The notes below the pieces were generated by a model. The model saw nothing but the letters and a program-made list of their open reading frames with translations, searched no databases and was not told the origin of the DNA. DNA of 51,909 nucleotides, from the NCBI GenBank assembly GCA_032128115.1, contig JAQBHB010000112.1:1-51909 (forward strand), written 5' to 3'. Every line of letters starts with the position of its first letter. The stretch's first letter is position 1. Position numbers and translations under genes: made by a program. The stretch is from Deltaproteobacteria bacterium. GTDB lineage: Bacteria > Myxococcota_A > UBA9160 > SMWR01. Below are positions 37,611-46,625 of the stretch, one piece after another.

Positions 37611-39032
37611 TCAGAACGTCAGGCCGTAGCCCAGGGAGAACTGCATTCCGTCTTCGGAGAAGCCGAAGTCGAAGCGCAGCGGATTGCTGCGGTCGATGCT
37701 GATGCGAAGGCTCGTGCCATAGGTGTGGCGCACCTTCTGGGTATAGAGATCGGAGGCGCTGCCCGAGACGGCGCCCACCTCGTAGAAGAGCGCCGCGCCG
37801 ATTCGCTCGATGCGCACCGCTTTGGTGATGCGGAGACCCCGGGGCATCAACCAGAAGCGATACTCGGCGGCTGCCATCCAGGCCGAGCGGTCGCGGAAGC
37901 GCCCCGTGATGAAGCCCCGGTGCTCTTCGGGGCCACCCAGGGTGGGCAGCGCGAAGAAGGGCAGATCGCCGGTGGTGTACTCGTTGCGGAACTGGAAGGC
38001 GATGGTGTCGGTGGGCGGGTTCTCCTCGCGCTTGTCGCCACCGCTGTGAAAGAGCGGAGGCGTGCGGAAGACCTTGCCCGTCTTGAGGGTGTACTTGGCG
38101 CCCATGCTGCCGGTGGTCTGGATGGGAGCCCAGGCCGCGAGCCCCCCGATGTACCAGCCCGAGTACGGCGTCTCCTGGCTGTCGCGGGTGTCGTAGCGCA
38201 GTCCCGCGCGCAGCCACGTGATGTTCTCGTCCTGGGCCTCGCTGAACAGGCCGGGATAGATGTCGCCCGTGGAGGGCTTGCCCTCCACGTGCCCATCGCC
38301 AAGCGCGTGGCTCTCGAAGCGCCCGCCCAGGTGCACCACCCAGTTCGAGTCCTGGTTGGGCATGCTCCGGTCCATGAACAGATCGGCGTAGATCGACTCG
38401 TCCGAGTAGCTGGTCTCGTCGGACAGGTCCGTATCCGGACCCAGCCCGAAGAAGCGGAGGGTGAGGGTGTTCAGGTAGCCCACCTCGAGTTCCACCAGGC
38501 TGCGCTCCTCCTGGAGAATGCCGCCCTCGGGCAGGTCGATGTGGTTGAGCCAGCGGCGCCACTTCACGTGGTAGTCCTGCTGGCCTTCGGAGGTGTAGGA
38601 GAGCACCGCCGCCACGAACTCCTGGCGCCGCTGGTGGCGGAAGTCCATGTCCGTCATGGCCAATCCAAAGCCCGTGCCTACGTCGCTGTTGCTGAAGGCG
38701 TAGGGCACGATGAAGCTCGTCACGAAGAAGCGCTGCAGGATGTTGCCGGGCTTGATGCGCGCCTCGGGCACATAGCGCCAGCGCTCGGGGTGGGCGAGGC
38801 CCCGCTTGCGCTGGGTGGCCGGGATACGGCCGTTCTCGTCCATCCCCCAGAGGGGGTCGTAGTCGGTTTTGAGCCGCGGCGTGTCGTCGTCTTCCTCGGA
38901 CGCGGGCGTACCCATCAGGATGTCGCGCTGCGGATCGAGGAAGACGGCGGCGGCAGGCGGCGAGGCTCCTGCGGCCAGCAGCCCGGCCAACAATGCAATC
39001 TCTACGGTGGCTCCAGCGGTCGGCCAGCGCAC
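37611..39032 (-). CDS. Omp85/BamA-TamA family outer-membrane beta-barrel
   Basis: LRYDTRD, LGG...RGF..GRFRD, C-terminal GYGLTF. Confidence 0.8.
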   Translation of the reverse strand: MRWPTAGATVEIALLAGLLAAGASPPAAAVFLDPQRDILMGTPASEEDDDTPRLKTDYDPLWGMDENGRIPATQRKRGLAHPERWRYVPEARIKPGNILQRFFVTSFIVPYAFSNSDVGTGFGLAMTDMDFRHQRRQEFVAAVLSYTSEGQQDYHVKWRRWLNHIDLPEGGILQEERSLVELEVGYLNTLTLRFFGLGPDTDLSDETSYSDESIYADLFMDRSMPNQDSNWVVHLGGRFESHALGDGHVEGKPSTGDIYPGLFSEAQDENITWLRAGLRYDTRDSQETPYSGWYIGGLAAWAPIQTTGSMGAKYTLKTGKVFRTPPLFHSGGDKREENPPTDTIAFQFRNEYTTGDLPFFALPTLGGPEEHRGFITGRFRDRSAWMAAAEYRFWLMPRGLRITKAVRIERIGAALFYEVGAVSGSASDLYTQKVRHTYGTSLRISIDRSNPLRFDFGFSEDGMQFSLGYGLTF

Positions 39033-39220
39033 TTGTAGACGTCACCCCAGGGGGGGGGCGCGGCCGGATCTGTCGGGCTGACTGGGGATCCGCAACCGGG
39101 GAAGGGTGCTCGTCTCAAGCCAACTGGGTGTCCCAGCGCAGGCTTCTGATCGGCTCCCCGATCGGGGCCCTTGAGGCGACCTGGCCGACTCGCTCCAGGG
39201 GGGCCCTAGACGCTCGGGCT

Positions 39221-40030
39221 TCAGCGCGCCACGGCCTGCAGCACCGCCAGGGGGCCGCGCTCCCGCAGCATTGCCAGCTGCTCCGGGGTCTTCGCCACGA
39301 GTGCCCCAGCAAAGCCCAGGCCGTTGACGGGGATGCCCTGGCACTCGGCCCGCGCCCGGGGCACCAACATCATCCAGGTTCGCGTGACCAGCAGGTTGTA
39401 GGGCTCGGCCGGCTCATGCAGCCCGAGAGCGCGCCTCAGATCCCGGTAGGCGGCGTCCAGGGCCTCGGCACCCCCGGAATCGAGCTTCGCGACCGCGTTC
39501 GCAAACGGCACCGGCGCGCGCCCGTGGACCGCCGACGCCACCACATCTTCCATGGGGGTCGGGCCGGGCCCCGGTCCCAGGGGCGTTGGCACCAGCTGCA
39601 GGTGCTTGTGGCGCTGGCTCGCGCCGGCGCGGGCCCCGGCGTTGTAGAAGGCGAGAGCGTCGAACTCGGCCAGGCAGGCCGCCAGGGCTTCGAAGTCGGC
39701 CGCCGTGAGGAGGCTCTCCTGGGGCTCGAAGGCACGCGTCACCAGCAGCAGGTGATGATCGAGCAGGCTGAACTTGTTGAGCAGACAGACGTGGCTGTCG
39801 GAGATGTCGGCCACGAAGTGCGCCGGGTCGTAGGGCAGGAAGGGATCGGCCTGGGACCCGCTGCTGGGCTTGCGCTCGTGGCCGGTGAGCAGGCGCACGC
39901 TGAAGGCGATGCCCCCGTCTTCCACCACGTGGCTCTCGCTGGTGAGCGGCACCAGCGTGCCGCGAGAGGCCTCCCGCAGGCTGGCCGCCACGGCGCTTCG
40001 CCACAGGCTCCCCGGCTCCAGTCGAATCAT
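39221..40030 (-). CDS. ATP adenylyltransferase / Ap4A phosphorylase (Apa2-like)
   Basis: DPFLPYD, LLNKF...HHLLLVT, AGASQRHKHLQ, NGLGFAGAL. Confidence 0.9.
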   Translation of the reverse strand: MIRLEPGSLWRSAVAASLREASRGTLVPLTSESHVVEDGGIAFSVRLLTGHERKPSSGSQADPFLPYDPAHFVADISDSHVCLLNKFSLLDHHLLLVTRAFEPQESLLTAADFEALAACLAEFDALAFYNAGARAGASQRHKHLQLVPTPLGPGPGPTPMEDVVASAVHGRAPVPFANAVAKLDSGGAEALDAAYRDLRRALGLHEPAEPYNLLVTRTWMMLVPRARAECQGIPVNGLGFAGALVAKTPEQLAMLRERGPLAVLQAVAR

Positions 40031-40056
40031 GGTTCGGCCATGGCTAGCTTGCGCGC

Positions 40057-40833
40057 GTGGTGGATGCGACGCGTTTTTTCGCCAGGCTGGCTGCACTGGG
40101 CATCACGCCCAACGCCATCTCGTGGTGGGGATTCTTCGCGACGCTCCTGTGCGGGATCTCCCTGGCCATGGGCGCCGGCGACGTGCTCCCGACCGAAACC
40201 GGCTCCACCCAGGCGCCGGTCAGTTGGTGGCCCCTGGCGGCCTTCGTGTTCATCTCGCTGGCCTCCGCGCTCGACCTGCTCGACGGTGGGCTCGCCCGCC
40301 ACCTGGGCACCTCGAGCCCCTACGGCGCCATGCTCGACTCCACCCTCGACCGCTTCGGCGACATCGCCATCTTCGTGGGCTGCAGCGTCTATTTCGCCGG
40401 CCACGCCAACATGACCTGGACCCTGATCTCGGGGCTCGCCCTCTCGGGCACCGTGATGATCAGCTACGTGAAGGCCCGGGGCGAGAACCTCACCGAGGGC
40501 CTGGGTATCGGCTACTGGCAGCGGGGCGAGCGCTGCGCGCTGCTGATCTGGTCCAGCTTCGCCGGTCGCGTGCCCGCGGCCCTGTTCGTACTCGCCCTCT
40601 TCCCGCTGCTCACGGTGCTCCGCCGCTACCTCACGGCCAAGCGCAAGCTGGCGGGCGAGGAGGCCCTTTCGACCTTCGAGATCGCGGCCCTCGATCGGGC
40701 TCCGCGGTGGTCGCGGCTGACGCCGCCCTTCTTGACCCTGGCCGTGGGAATCGCGGGCTTCGTGTTCGTGGCTCCGCGCCTTTTCCCGTTCTTCCAGGCG
40801 GTTTCCGACCCCCTGGGCAGCCTGCTCCGCTAG
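40057..40833 (+). CDS. CDP-alcohol phosphatidyltransferase family protein
   Basis: GITPNAIS; DLLDGGLAR...GAMLDSTLDRFGD signature; SYVKARGE. Confidence 0.9.
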   Translation: MVDATRFFARLAALGITPNAISWWGFFATLLCGISLAMGAGDVLPTETGSTQAPVSWWPLAAFVFISLASALDLLDGGLARHLGTSSPYGAMLDSTLDRFGDIAIFVGCSVYFAGHANMTWTLISGLALSGTVMISYVKARGENLTEGLGIGYWQRGERCALLIWSSFAGRVPAALFVLALFPLLTVLRRYLTAKRKLAGEEALSTFEIAALDRAPRWSRLTPPFLTLAVGIAGFVFVAPRLFPFFQAVSDPLGSLLR

Positions 40834-40850
40834 CGCCCCGCGGGTCCCTC

Positions 40851-40880
40851 TTGCCAGGTGAACGAACGTTCGTTTACTGT
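40851..40880 (+). promoter_or_regulatory. Promoter with palindromic operator upstream of TetR
   Basis: TTGCCA...TACTGT flanking the palindrome AACGAACGTTCGTT (40861-40874). Confidence 0.7.
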
Positions 40881-40898
40881 GATGGCAATGAGGCCCGC

Positions 40899-41546
40899 AT
40901 GACCACCGCACCCGTCTCACCCACCGCCAGGAGCCGCTCCGAGGGCAGTGCCGGTGCGACGCGCGATCGCATCCTCGACCGGGCCGAAGCCCTGTTCGCC
41001 GAGCGCGGACTGGCCGGCACCTCCATGCGCGACATCGCGGCCCGCTCGGGCCTCACGGCGGCCAGCCTCTACAACCACTTCCAGGGCAAGCAGGCGCTCT
41101 ACGAGGCGGTGCTCGAGCGCGGCATCCATCCCCTGCTCGAGCTGATGGGAGAGCTGGCGGCTCGCGAGCAGACCCCCGACGCCGCCGACGCGGTGATCGG
41201 CGCCGTCATGGAGCACCTGGCCCGGCGCCCCCATCTGCCGCGCCTGATCCACCGCGAGTCGCTCGCGGGCGGCGAGCACCTGACGCGCCTGGCCCGCGAG
41301 TGGATCCAGCCGCTCATGTCGCTGGGCCTGATGGAGATGAAGCGCGAGACCCACACGCCCTGGGAGCCCGAGGAACATCCGCGCGTGATCGCCGCCTGGA
41401 TCCACCTGATCTTCGGCCACTTCGCCATGGCGCCCCTGATCCGCGAAGTCACCGGCGAAGACCCGCTTTCGCCCGAGGGCCTGAAACGTCAAACCACCTT
41501 CCTGCGCAAGCTCGCCCGCATGTTGATGCGGACGGACGGCGCGTGA
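40899..41546 (+). CDS. TetR/AcrR family regulator
   Basis: TRDRILDRAEALFAERGLAGTSMRDIA...LYNHFQGKQALY (3' part of ORF 39870-41546). Confidence 0.93.
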   Translation: MTTAPVSPTARSRSEGSAGATRDRILDRAEALFAERGLAGTSMRDIAARSGLTAASLYNHFQGKQALYEAVLERGIHPLLELMGELAAREQTPDAADAVIGAVMEHLARRPHLPRLIHRESLAGGEHLTRLAREWIQPLMSLGLMEMKRETHTPWEPEEHPRVIAAWIHLIFGHFAMAPLIREVTGEDPLSPEGLKRQTTFLRKLARMLMRTDGA

Positions 41547-41562
41547 GCCAGGAGAATCCCCA

Positions 41563-42801
41563 ATGCAGCTTTCCGACGTGGACCTCACCGATCTGGACAC
41601 CTTCGAGAAAGGCACGCCCCACGAACAGTTCCGGCTGCTGCGCCGCGAAGCGCCGGTCTTCTGGCACGAGGAGAGCGACGGCGGCAAGGGCTTCTGGGCC
41701 ATCACGAAATACGACGATCTCAAGTGGATCTCGAAGAACCCCAGGCTCTTCTCGTCGGAGCGCCAGGGCACGTTGCGCCAGGATCCCACGCCCGAGTCGT
41801 TGCCGCTGCTCCAGAAGATCATCCTGAACATGGATCCGCCCAGGCACCGCCAGTACCGCGCGCTGGTCAACAAGGCCTTCACGCCGCGCATGGTGAACGG
41901 AATGCTGCCGAAGGTGCGCGATTGCGTGAAGCGCATCGTGAACGGAGTGATCGAGAAGGGCGAGTGCGACTTCGTGGAAGAGGTGGCCGCCATCCTCCCC
42001 ATGGAGGTGATCTGCGACATGATGGGAGTGCCCGACGAGGACCGCCGTCATGTCTACGAGATCGGGAACTCCATGGTGGGCTTCGACGATCCGGAGATGC
42101 AGGAGGACGGCGTGCCCCGAAAGCCCACCGGCAGCGCCCAGGAGGGGTTTGCCGAGATGTTCGTCTACGCGAACCACCTGCTCGAAAAGGCCAAGAGCCA
42201 TCCCAGTGACGACCTGGCCACGGCGCTGGTCAATGCCGAGATCGACGGCGAGCGCCTCTCGGACGAGGATTTCCGCTTCTTCTTCCTGGTTCTGCTGATC
42301 GCAGGCAACGAGACCACCCGGACGGTCACCAGCAACGGCATGATCGCGCTGCTGGAAAATCCCGATCAGCTGGATGCAGTGAAGAGCGATCTCTCGCTCG
42401 TCAACTCCACCGTGGAAGAGGTGCTGCGATACAACCCGGCGGTGCACACCTTCCGGCGCGAGGCCACCGAAGAGATCGAGATCCGCGGCCAGAAGGTCGC
42501 ACCCGACGACAAGCTCATGCTCTGGTACTCGTCGGCCAACCGGGATGAGGATGCCTTCGACGAGCCGGACAAATTCGACGTCCGGCGCCACCCGAACGAC
42601 CACCTGGCGTTCGGCGTGGGCGAGCACTTCTGCCTGGGCGCGAACCTGGCGCGCATGGAACTGCGCGAAATCTTCCAGGGCGTGCTGAGCCGTATCGACG
42701 ACATGGAGATGACGGCTGCGCCGCGGCGCCTGCGCTCCAACTTCATCAACGGCGTGAAGGAGATGCGGGTGAAGTTCCGGCCGGGGCCGCTGGAAGCCTG
42801 A
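41563..42801 (+). CDS. Cytochrome P450 (resembles CYP125/CYP142-like lipid or steroid oxidases)
   Basis: MDPPRH, IAGNETTR, EEVLR, AFGVGEHFCLGANLAR, RLRSNFINGVK. Confidence 0.96.
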   Translation: MQLSDVDLTDLDTFEKGTPHEQFRLLRREAPVFWHEESDGGKGFWAITKYDDLKWISKNPRLFSSERQGTLRQDPTPESLPLLQKIILNMDPPRHRQYRALVNKAFTPRMVNGMLPKVRDCVKRIVNGVIEKGECDFVEEVAAILPMEVICDMMGVPDEDRRHVYEIGNSMVGFDDPEMQEDGVPRKPTGSAQEGFAEMFVYANHLLEKAKSHPSDDLATALVNAEIDGERLSDEDFRFFFLVLLIAGNETTRTVTSNGMIALLENPDQLDAVKSDLSLVNSTVEEVLRYNPAVHTFRREATEEIEIRGQKVAPDDKLMLWYSSANRDEDAFDEPDKFDVRRHPNDHLAFGVGEHFCLGANLARMELREIFQGVLSRIDDMEMTAAPRRLRSNFINGVKEMRVKFRPGPLEA

Positions 42802-42804
42802 CGG

Positions 42805-44955
42805 TCAGCCCCGCAGGGCGCGGCCCACGCTGGCGAGCAGCTCTTCCGGTTCGAATGGTTTGTAGATGAAGCCCGCGATTTCGCGGCCGGCGAAACGCTC
42901 GGCTGCTTGCTGCTTGTCGTATCCGCTGGTGAGTAGCACGCGCAGATCCGGCTTCAGGCGCAGCATCTCCAGGTAGGCCTCGTCGGCGCTCACCCCGGGC
43001 ATCACCAGGTCGAGCACCACGCCGTCGATCTCGTCGCCATGCGATCGCACCATCTCGATGGCCTCGGCGCCCCCGCTGGCGGTGAGCACCGCGTAGCCCG
43101 CACGCTCCAGGAACTCGCGCGTCACTTCGAGAACGGCCTCGTCGTCGTCCACCACCAGAATGCAGAGATCGCTGGGAACGCGTCCGCAGGGCGTGTCGTC
43201 CGGGGCCAGCGTCGCCCCGGTTCCCGCGCACGGGAACAGCACCTCGAACGACGTGCGGCGACCGGGAGTGCTGTCGATGCGGATCACCCCGCGGTGGGCC
43301 GTCACGATGCCAAGCACGGCGGCCAGTCCGAGCCCCTGTCCGGTGGGCTTGATCGAGAAGAAGGGCTCGAAGATGCGCGCCCGCAGCTCCGGGCCGATCC
43401 CGACCCCGGTGTCCGAAACCTCGAGGCAGAGATAGTCGCCGGGCTCGGCGTCGACGGCGCCGAAGCTGTCGGCGAGCTCGCGCTTGTCCATCGACACGAG
43501 CCCGGTGCGCACGACGATGCGGCCGCCCTCGGCGCCCAGGGCCTCCGAGGCGTTGGTCACCAGATTGAGCACTACCTGACGGATCTGGGTGACGTCGCCG
43601 TGCAGGGCCGGTAGACCGTCGCAGAGATCCGGGTCCAATACGCTCTTCTCGGTGGACGAGGCGCGCAGCAGGTCGAGCATGTCACGCACCAGCTGGGAGA
43701 GATCCAGCAGCCGCAACTCCACCGCACCCCGCCCCGCGTAGGTGAGCATCTGCTGGGTCAGGCGCGTGGCGTACTCGGCCGCGGTGTGAATGCGCTCCAT
43801 ACGCTCGCTCGGATCGCGCCCGGACTCGAAGTCGGCCATGGCGAGCCGCGCGTTGCCGCGGATCACGGTGAGCATGTTGTTGAAGTCGTGGGCGATGCCG
43901 CCGGCCATCACGCCCAGGCTCTCCAGGCGCTGTACCTCGCGCATGTGCTCATCGAAACGCTTTCGCTCGGTGACGTCGCGGGTGGCGCCCACGATCAGGG
44001 TGCTGCCGTCGCCCTGGTTGGCCACGGTGTCGAAAATGGTGTGGAGACAGTGCTCCCCGCCGGATCGGTCGACGATCCGGAACTCCATCTCCCTGGAGCG
44101 GCCGGAGATCACCGCATCGAGCTGGGCGAAGGTCTTCTCCCGATCCGCGGCGGGAAGCACCGCGATCCATCCCACGCCGCGCAGCTCCTCGGTGGTGAAC
44201 CCGGTGATGCGCTCGAGGCCGTCGCTGGCCCACACGAAGTCGATGCTGCGGTCGGCGCCCATGTGCGCGGCGAAGCTGTAGTCGGAGCTGAGCTCCGACA
44301 GGATGCGATAGCGCTCCTCGCTCTCGCGCAGATCTGAAACCGACTGGGCCAGGGCCTCGTCCCGGCTGTGATCGCTGACGGCCGCGATCTGCAGCGCCAG
44401 CAGCAGGCTTGCCCCCACGACCCAGCATGCCAGCACGGGCGTGGGCAGGAAGCCGCCAGCGATCCCGAACGCGCCCGACACGGCCTCGAGCGCGCTCATC
44501 GCCAGCAGCGCCGGGGGCAGCGTGCGGGGCCAGGCGGCCGGCGGGCCCTTCCGGTTGGTGCGGTAGACGATCACGGCGGCCGCGACGCCCGCCGCGGGCT
44601 CGATCAGGAGCGCCAGGCCGTGGGCCAGGGCCGGTTCGCCAAGATTCACGAGCAGGCCGCGGCCGGCTCCCAGGAGCAGCGCCGCCGCCACCAGGCCGCG
44701 CGGCCGCTCGCGGCCCGAGTAGACCACGGCTCCCGCCAATAGCAGGGCCGGGTAGGCCGTTCCCATGGAGAAGCCGATCAGCGTGGCCCACGGCAGGTCG
44801 GCCAGGAGCTGGGTGCCCATCCCCGACGCCATGATCGCGAACGTTGCCCACGTCCAGAAGGAGATGGCGCGGGCGTCGGGGCGGCGCAGGATCACCATCC
44901 CGACACCGGTGAGCGCCGCGATGAACACGATCAATGAGATCTCGATCATCGACAC
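42805..44955 (-). CDS. Membrane-bound PAS hybrid histidine kinase (HisKA-HATPase-REC)
   Basis: About 7 TM, PAS, GIAHDFNN, NLVTNA, DTGVGI, GLGL, LVVDDD/LDLVMP. Confidence 0.93.
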   Translation of the reverse strand: MSMIEISLIVFIAALTGVGMVILRRPDARAISFWTWATFAIMASGMGTQLLADLPWATLIGFSMGTAYPALLLAGAVVYSGRERPRGLVAAALLLGAGRGLLVNLGEPALAHGLALLIEPAAGVAAAVIVYRTNRKGPPAAWPRTLPPALLAMSALEAVSGAFGIAGGFLPTPVLACWVVGASLLLALQIAAVSDHSRDEALAQSVSDLRESEERYRILSELSSDYSFAAHMGADRSIDFVWASDGLERITGFTTEELRGVGWIAVLPAADREKTFAQLDAVISGRSREMEFRIVDRSGGEHCLHTIFDTVANQGDGSTLIVGATRDVTERKRFDEHMREVQRLESLGVMAGGIAHDFNNMLTVIRGNARLAMADFESGRDPSERMERIHTAAEYATRLTQQMLTYAGRGAVELRLLDLSQLVRDMLDLLRASSTEKSVLDPDLCDGLPALHGDVTQIRQVVLNLVTNASEALGAEGGRIVVRTGLVSMDKRELADSFGAVDAEPGDYLCLEVSDTGVGIGPELRARIFEPFFSIKPTGQGLGLAAVLGIVTAHRGVIRIDSTPGRRTSFEVLFPCAGTGATLAPDDTPCGRVPSDLCILVVDDDEAVLEVTREFLERAGYAVLTASGGAEAIEMVRSHGDEIDGVVLDLVMPGVSADEAYLEMLRLKPDLRVLLTSGYDKQQAAERFAGREIAGFIYKPFEPEELLASVGRALRG

Positions 44956-45080
44956 AGCCCTCTCGGGATCAGGGTATCACGCAGAGGCGCTACAAGTCTT
45001 TTGAGGTGACGCGGGGCGGGGGATCGGGTACTTCTCCCGCCGCGTGATCGGCTCCGACCCCCCGGGAGGAGTAACCCTCG

Positions 45081-45770
45081 TTGACCCCCGAGGAACGTGC
45101 GCAGTTCGCAGAGGCCCTGCGCTTCGCGCTAGAGGCCCACGGCGAGCAGAAGCGCAGAGGCACGCAGATTCCCTACATAAGCCACCTGGTGCAGGTGGCA
45201 GGCCTCGTGCTGGAGCACGGAGGCGATGTGGAGCAGGCCATCGCGGGCCTGCTCCACGACGTAGCGGATGATTTCGAAACCGGACTCGCTTCCACGATCG
45301 GGGAGTGCTTTGGGCCCGAAGTGGCCCGGATCGTCTACCGCTGCACGGGCGTGGCCGAGGACGAATCGGGCCCCGCGAATCTTGATTCCGCTCTGGAGCC
45401 GCTTCCTGGGCCCGATCCCGCCGTCAACTCGGCCTGGGCGTCGCGCAAGAAGCGCTATCTCGACCACCTGCAGGCGGCCGACGCCCGCGTGAAGCTGGTG
45501 GCAGCCTGCGACAAGCTCGACAACCTGCGCTCGCTGCTGGCCGATCTGCACGCAGAAGGCTCGGAAGCCCTGTCGCGCTTCCACGGCACGCCGGAGCAGA
45601 TGCGCTGGTACTACCAGGAAGTCACGCTGGCGCTGGGTTCGGAGCTGCCGCCCCGCCTGCTGCGCGAAATCGAGGCTCTCACCCACGAACTCGGCAGCTT
45701 TGTAGAGGGCCAAGAGCCCGGACGTTCCAGACGCCCGGGCTCATTCCCAGCAAGCTCAGCGGGCCACTAA
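45081..45770 (+). CDS. HD-domain protein (RelA/SpoT hydrolase-like, small alarmone hydrolase type)
   Basis: AHGEQKRRG..IPYISHL, GLLHDV, DKLDNL; TTG start with GGAGGAG. Confidence 0.85.
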   Translation: MTPEERAQFAEALRFALEAHGEQKRRGTQIPYISHLVQVAGLVLEHGGDVEQAIAGLLHDVADDFETGLASTIGECFGPEVARIVYRCTGVAEDESGPANLDSALEPLPGPDPAVNSAWASRKKRYLDHLQAADARVKLVAACDKLDNLRSLLADLHAEGSEALSRFHGTPEQMRWYYQEVTLALGSELPPRLLREIEALTHELGSFVEGQEPGRSRRPGSFPASSAGH

Positions 45771-46549
45771 CGCCGCGCCGCGACTCCGGTGGCGCGCACT
45801 TCCAGCTCGACACGGCGGTTCTGGTGGCGGCCGGCGGCGGTATCGTTGCTGGCCACCGGGCTCACCGAACCGAAGCCATCGGCCTCGAGCCGCCCGGACG
45901 AAACACCCTTCGACACCAGGTAGGCCCGCACGACCTGGGCGCGCTTGCGCGAGAGCGCCAGGTTGCCCGCTTCGGAACCGCCCGAGGAATCCGAGAAGCC
46001 CCGAACCGACACGCTGCTGCCGTCGAAATCGTTCAGCGCGGCGGCCACGCGGTCGAGTCGATCCGTGGCCCCGGGCGTCAGCTCCGTGGAGCCGTAGCCG
46101 AACAGCAGCTGGTCCGGAAACCGCACCACCAGTGCACCCCGGTAACGCGTCACTTCGGAACCGGCGATGGCCCCGATCCGTGCTTCCTCGTCGCCCAGGT
46201 AGTTCTGGTCGAAGTAGCCCCACGCAAACTCCGGCTCGATCAAGGGCTCGAACCCGGCCGGCATCTCGAAGGGCGCCGTCAGCAGCTCGTAGCCACCCAC
46301 GAGCATCCGGCGAACGGTGAACGCGAGGCCGGCTGTGAAGCCGATGGGTGCGCCCAGCCAGGGGCCGCGCGCACTGACCTCGTCGATCATGTTTCCCGGG
46401 ATCTCCAGGAAACCGGTGGTGATCGCCGCCGCGCCGCGCCCGGCCTTCCGGGCAGCCGTGTAGGCCTCACCCATCGCCGTGGCGGGGGCGAGCAGGGCCG
46501 TGGCGAGGGCGCTCACCAGCATCCAGTCAAATCTCATGGGCATCCGCAT
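45767..46549 (-). CDS. OmpA-family peptidoglycan-binding protein with N-terminal TIGR04073-like domain
   Basis: RKAGRG...TGFLEIP...VGGYELLTAPF...EPEFAW, then GFSDSSG, NLALSRKRA, NRRVE. Confidence 0.82.
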   Translation of the reverse strand: MRMPMRFDWMLVSALATALLAPATAMGEAYTAARKAGRGAAAITTGFLEIPGNMIDEVSARGPWLGAPIGFTAGLAFTVRRMLVGGYELLTAPFEMPAGFEPLIEPEFAWGYFDQNYLGDEEARIGAIAGSEVTRYRGALVVRFPDQLLFGYGSTELTPGATDRLDRVAAALNDFDGSSVSVRGFSDSSGGSEAGNLALSRKRAQVVRAYLVSKGVSSGRLEADGFGSVSPVASNDTAAGRHQNRRVELEVRATGVAARR

Positions 46550-46625
46550 GATCAACCTCCACATAGAATTGTGGAGTCGGATTGTGCCCAAGGATCGGGG
46601 TCTGTTAGGTGATCCAGATCACGGA

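Noticed and set aside
39870..40898. 558-aa ORF as a long TetR fusion
   Set aside because: The 5' part overlaps two real genes; TetR has its own ATG at 40899 behind a promoter and operator
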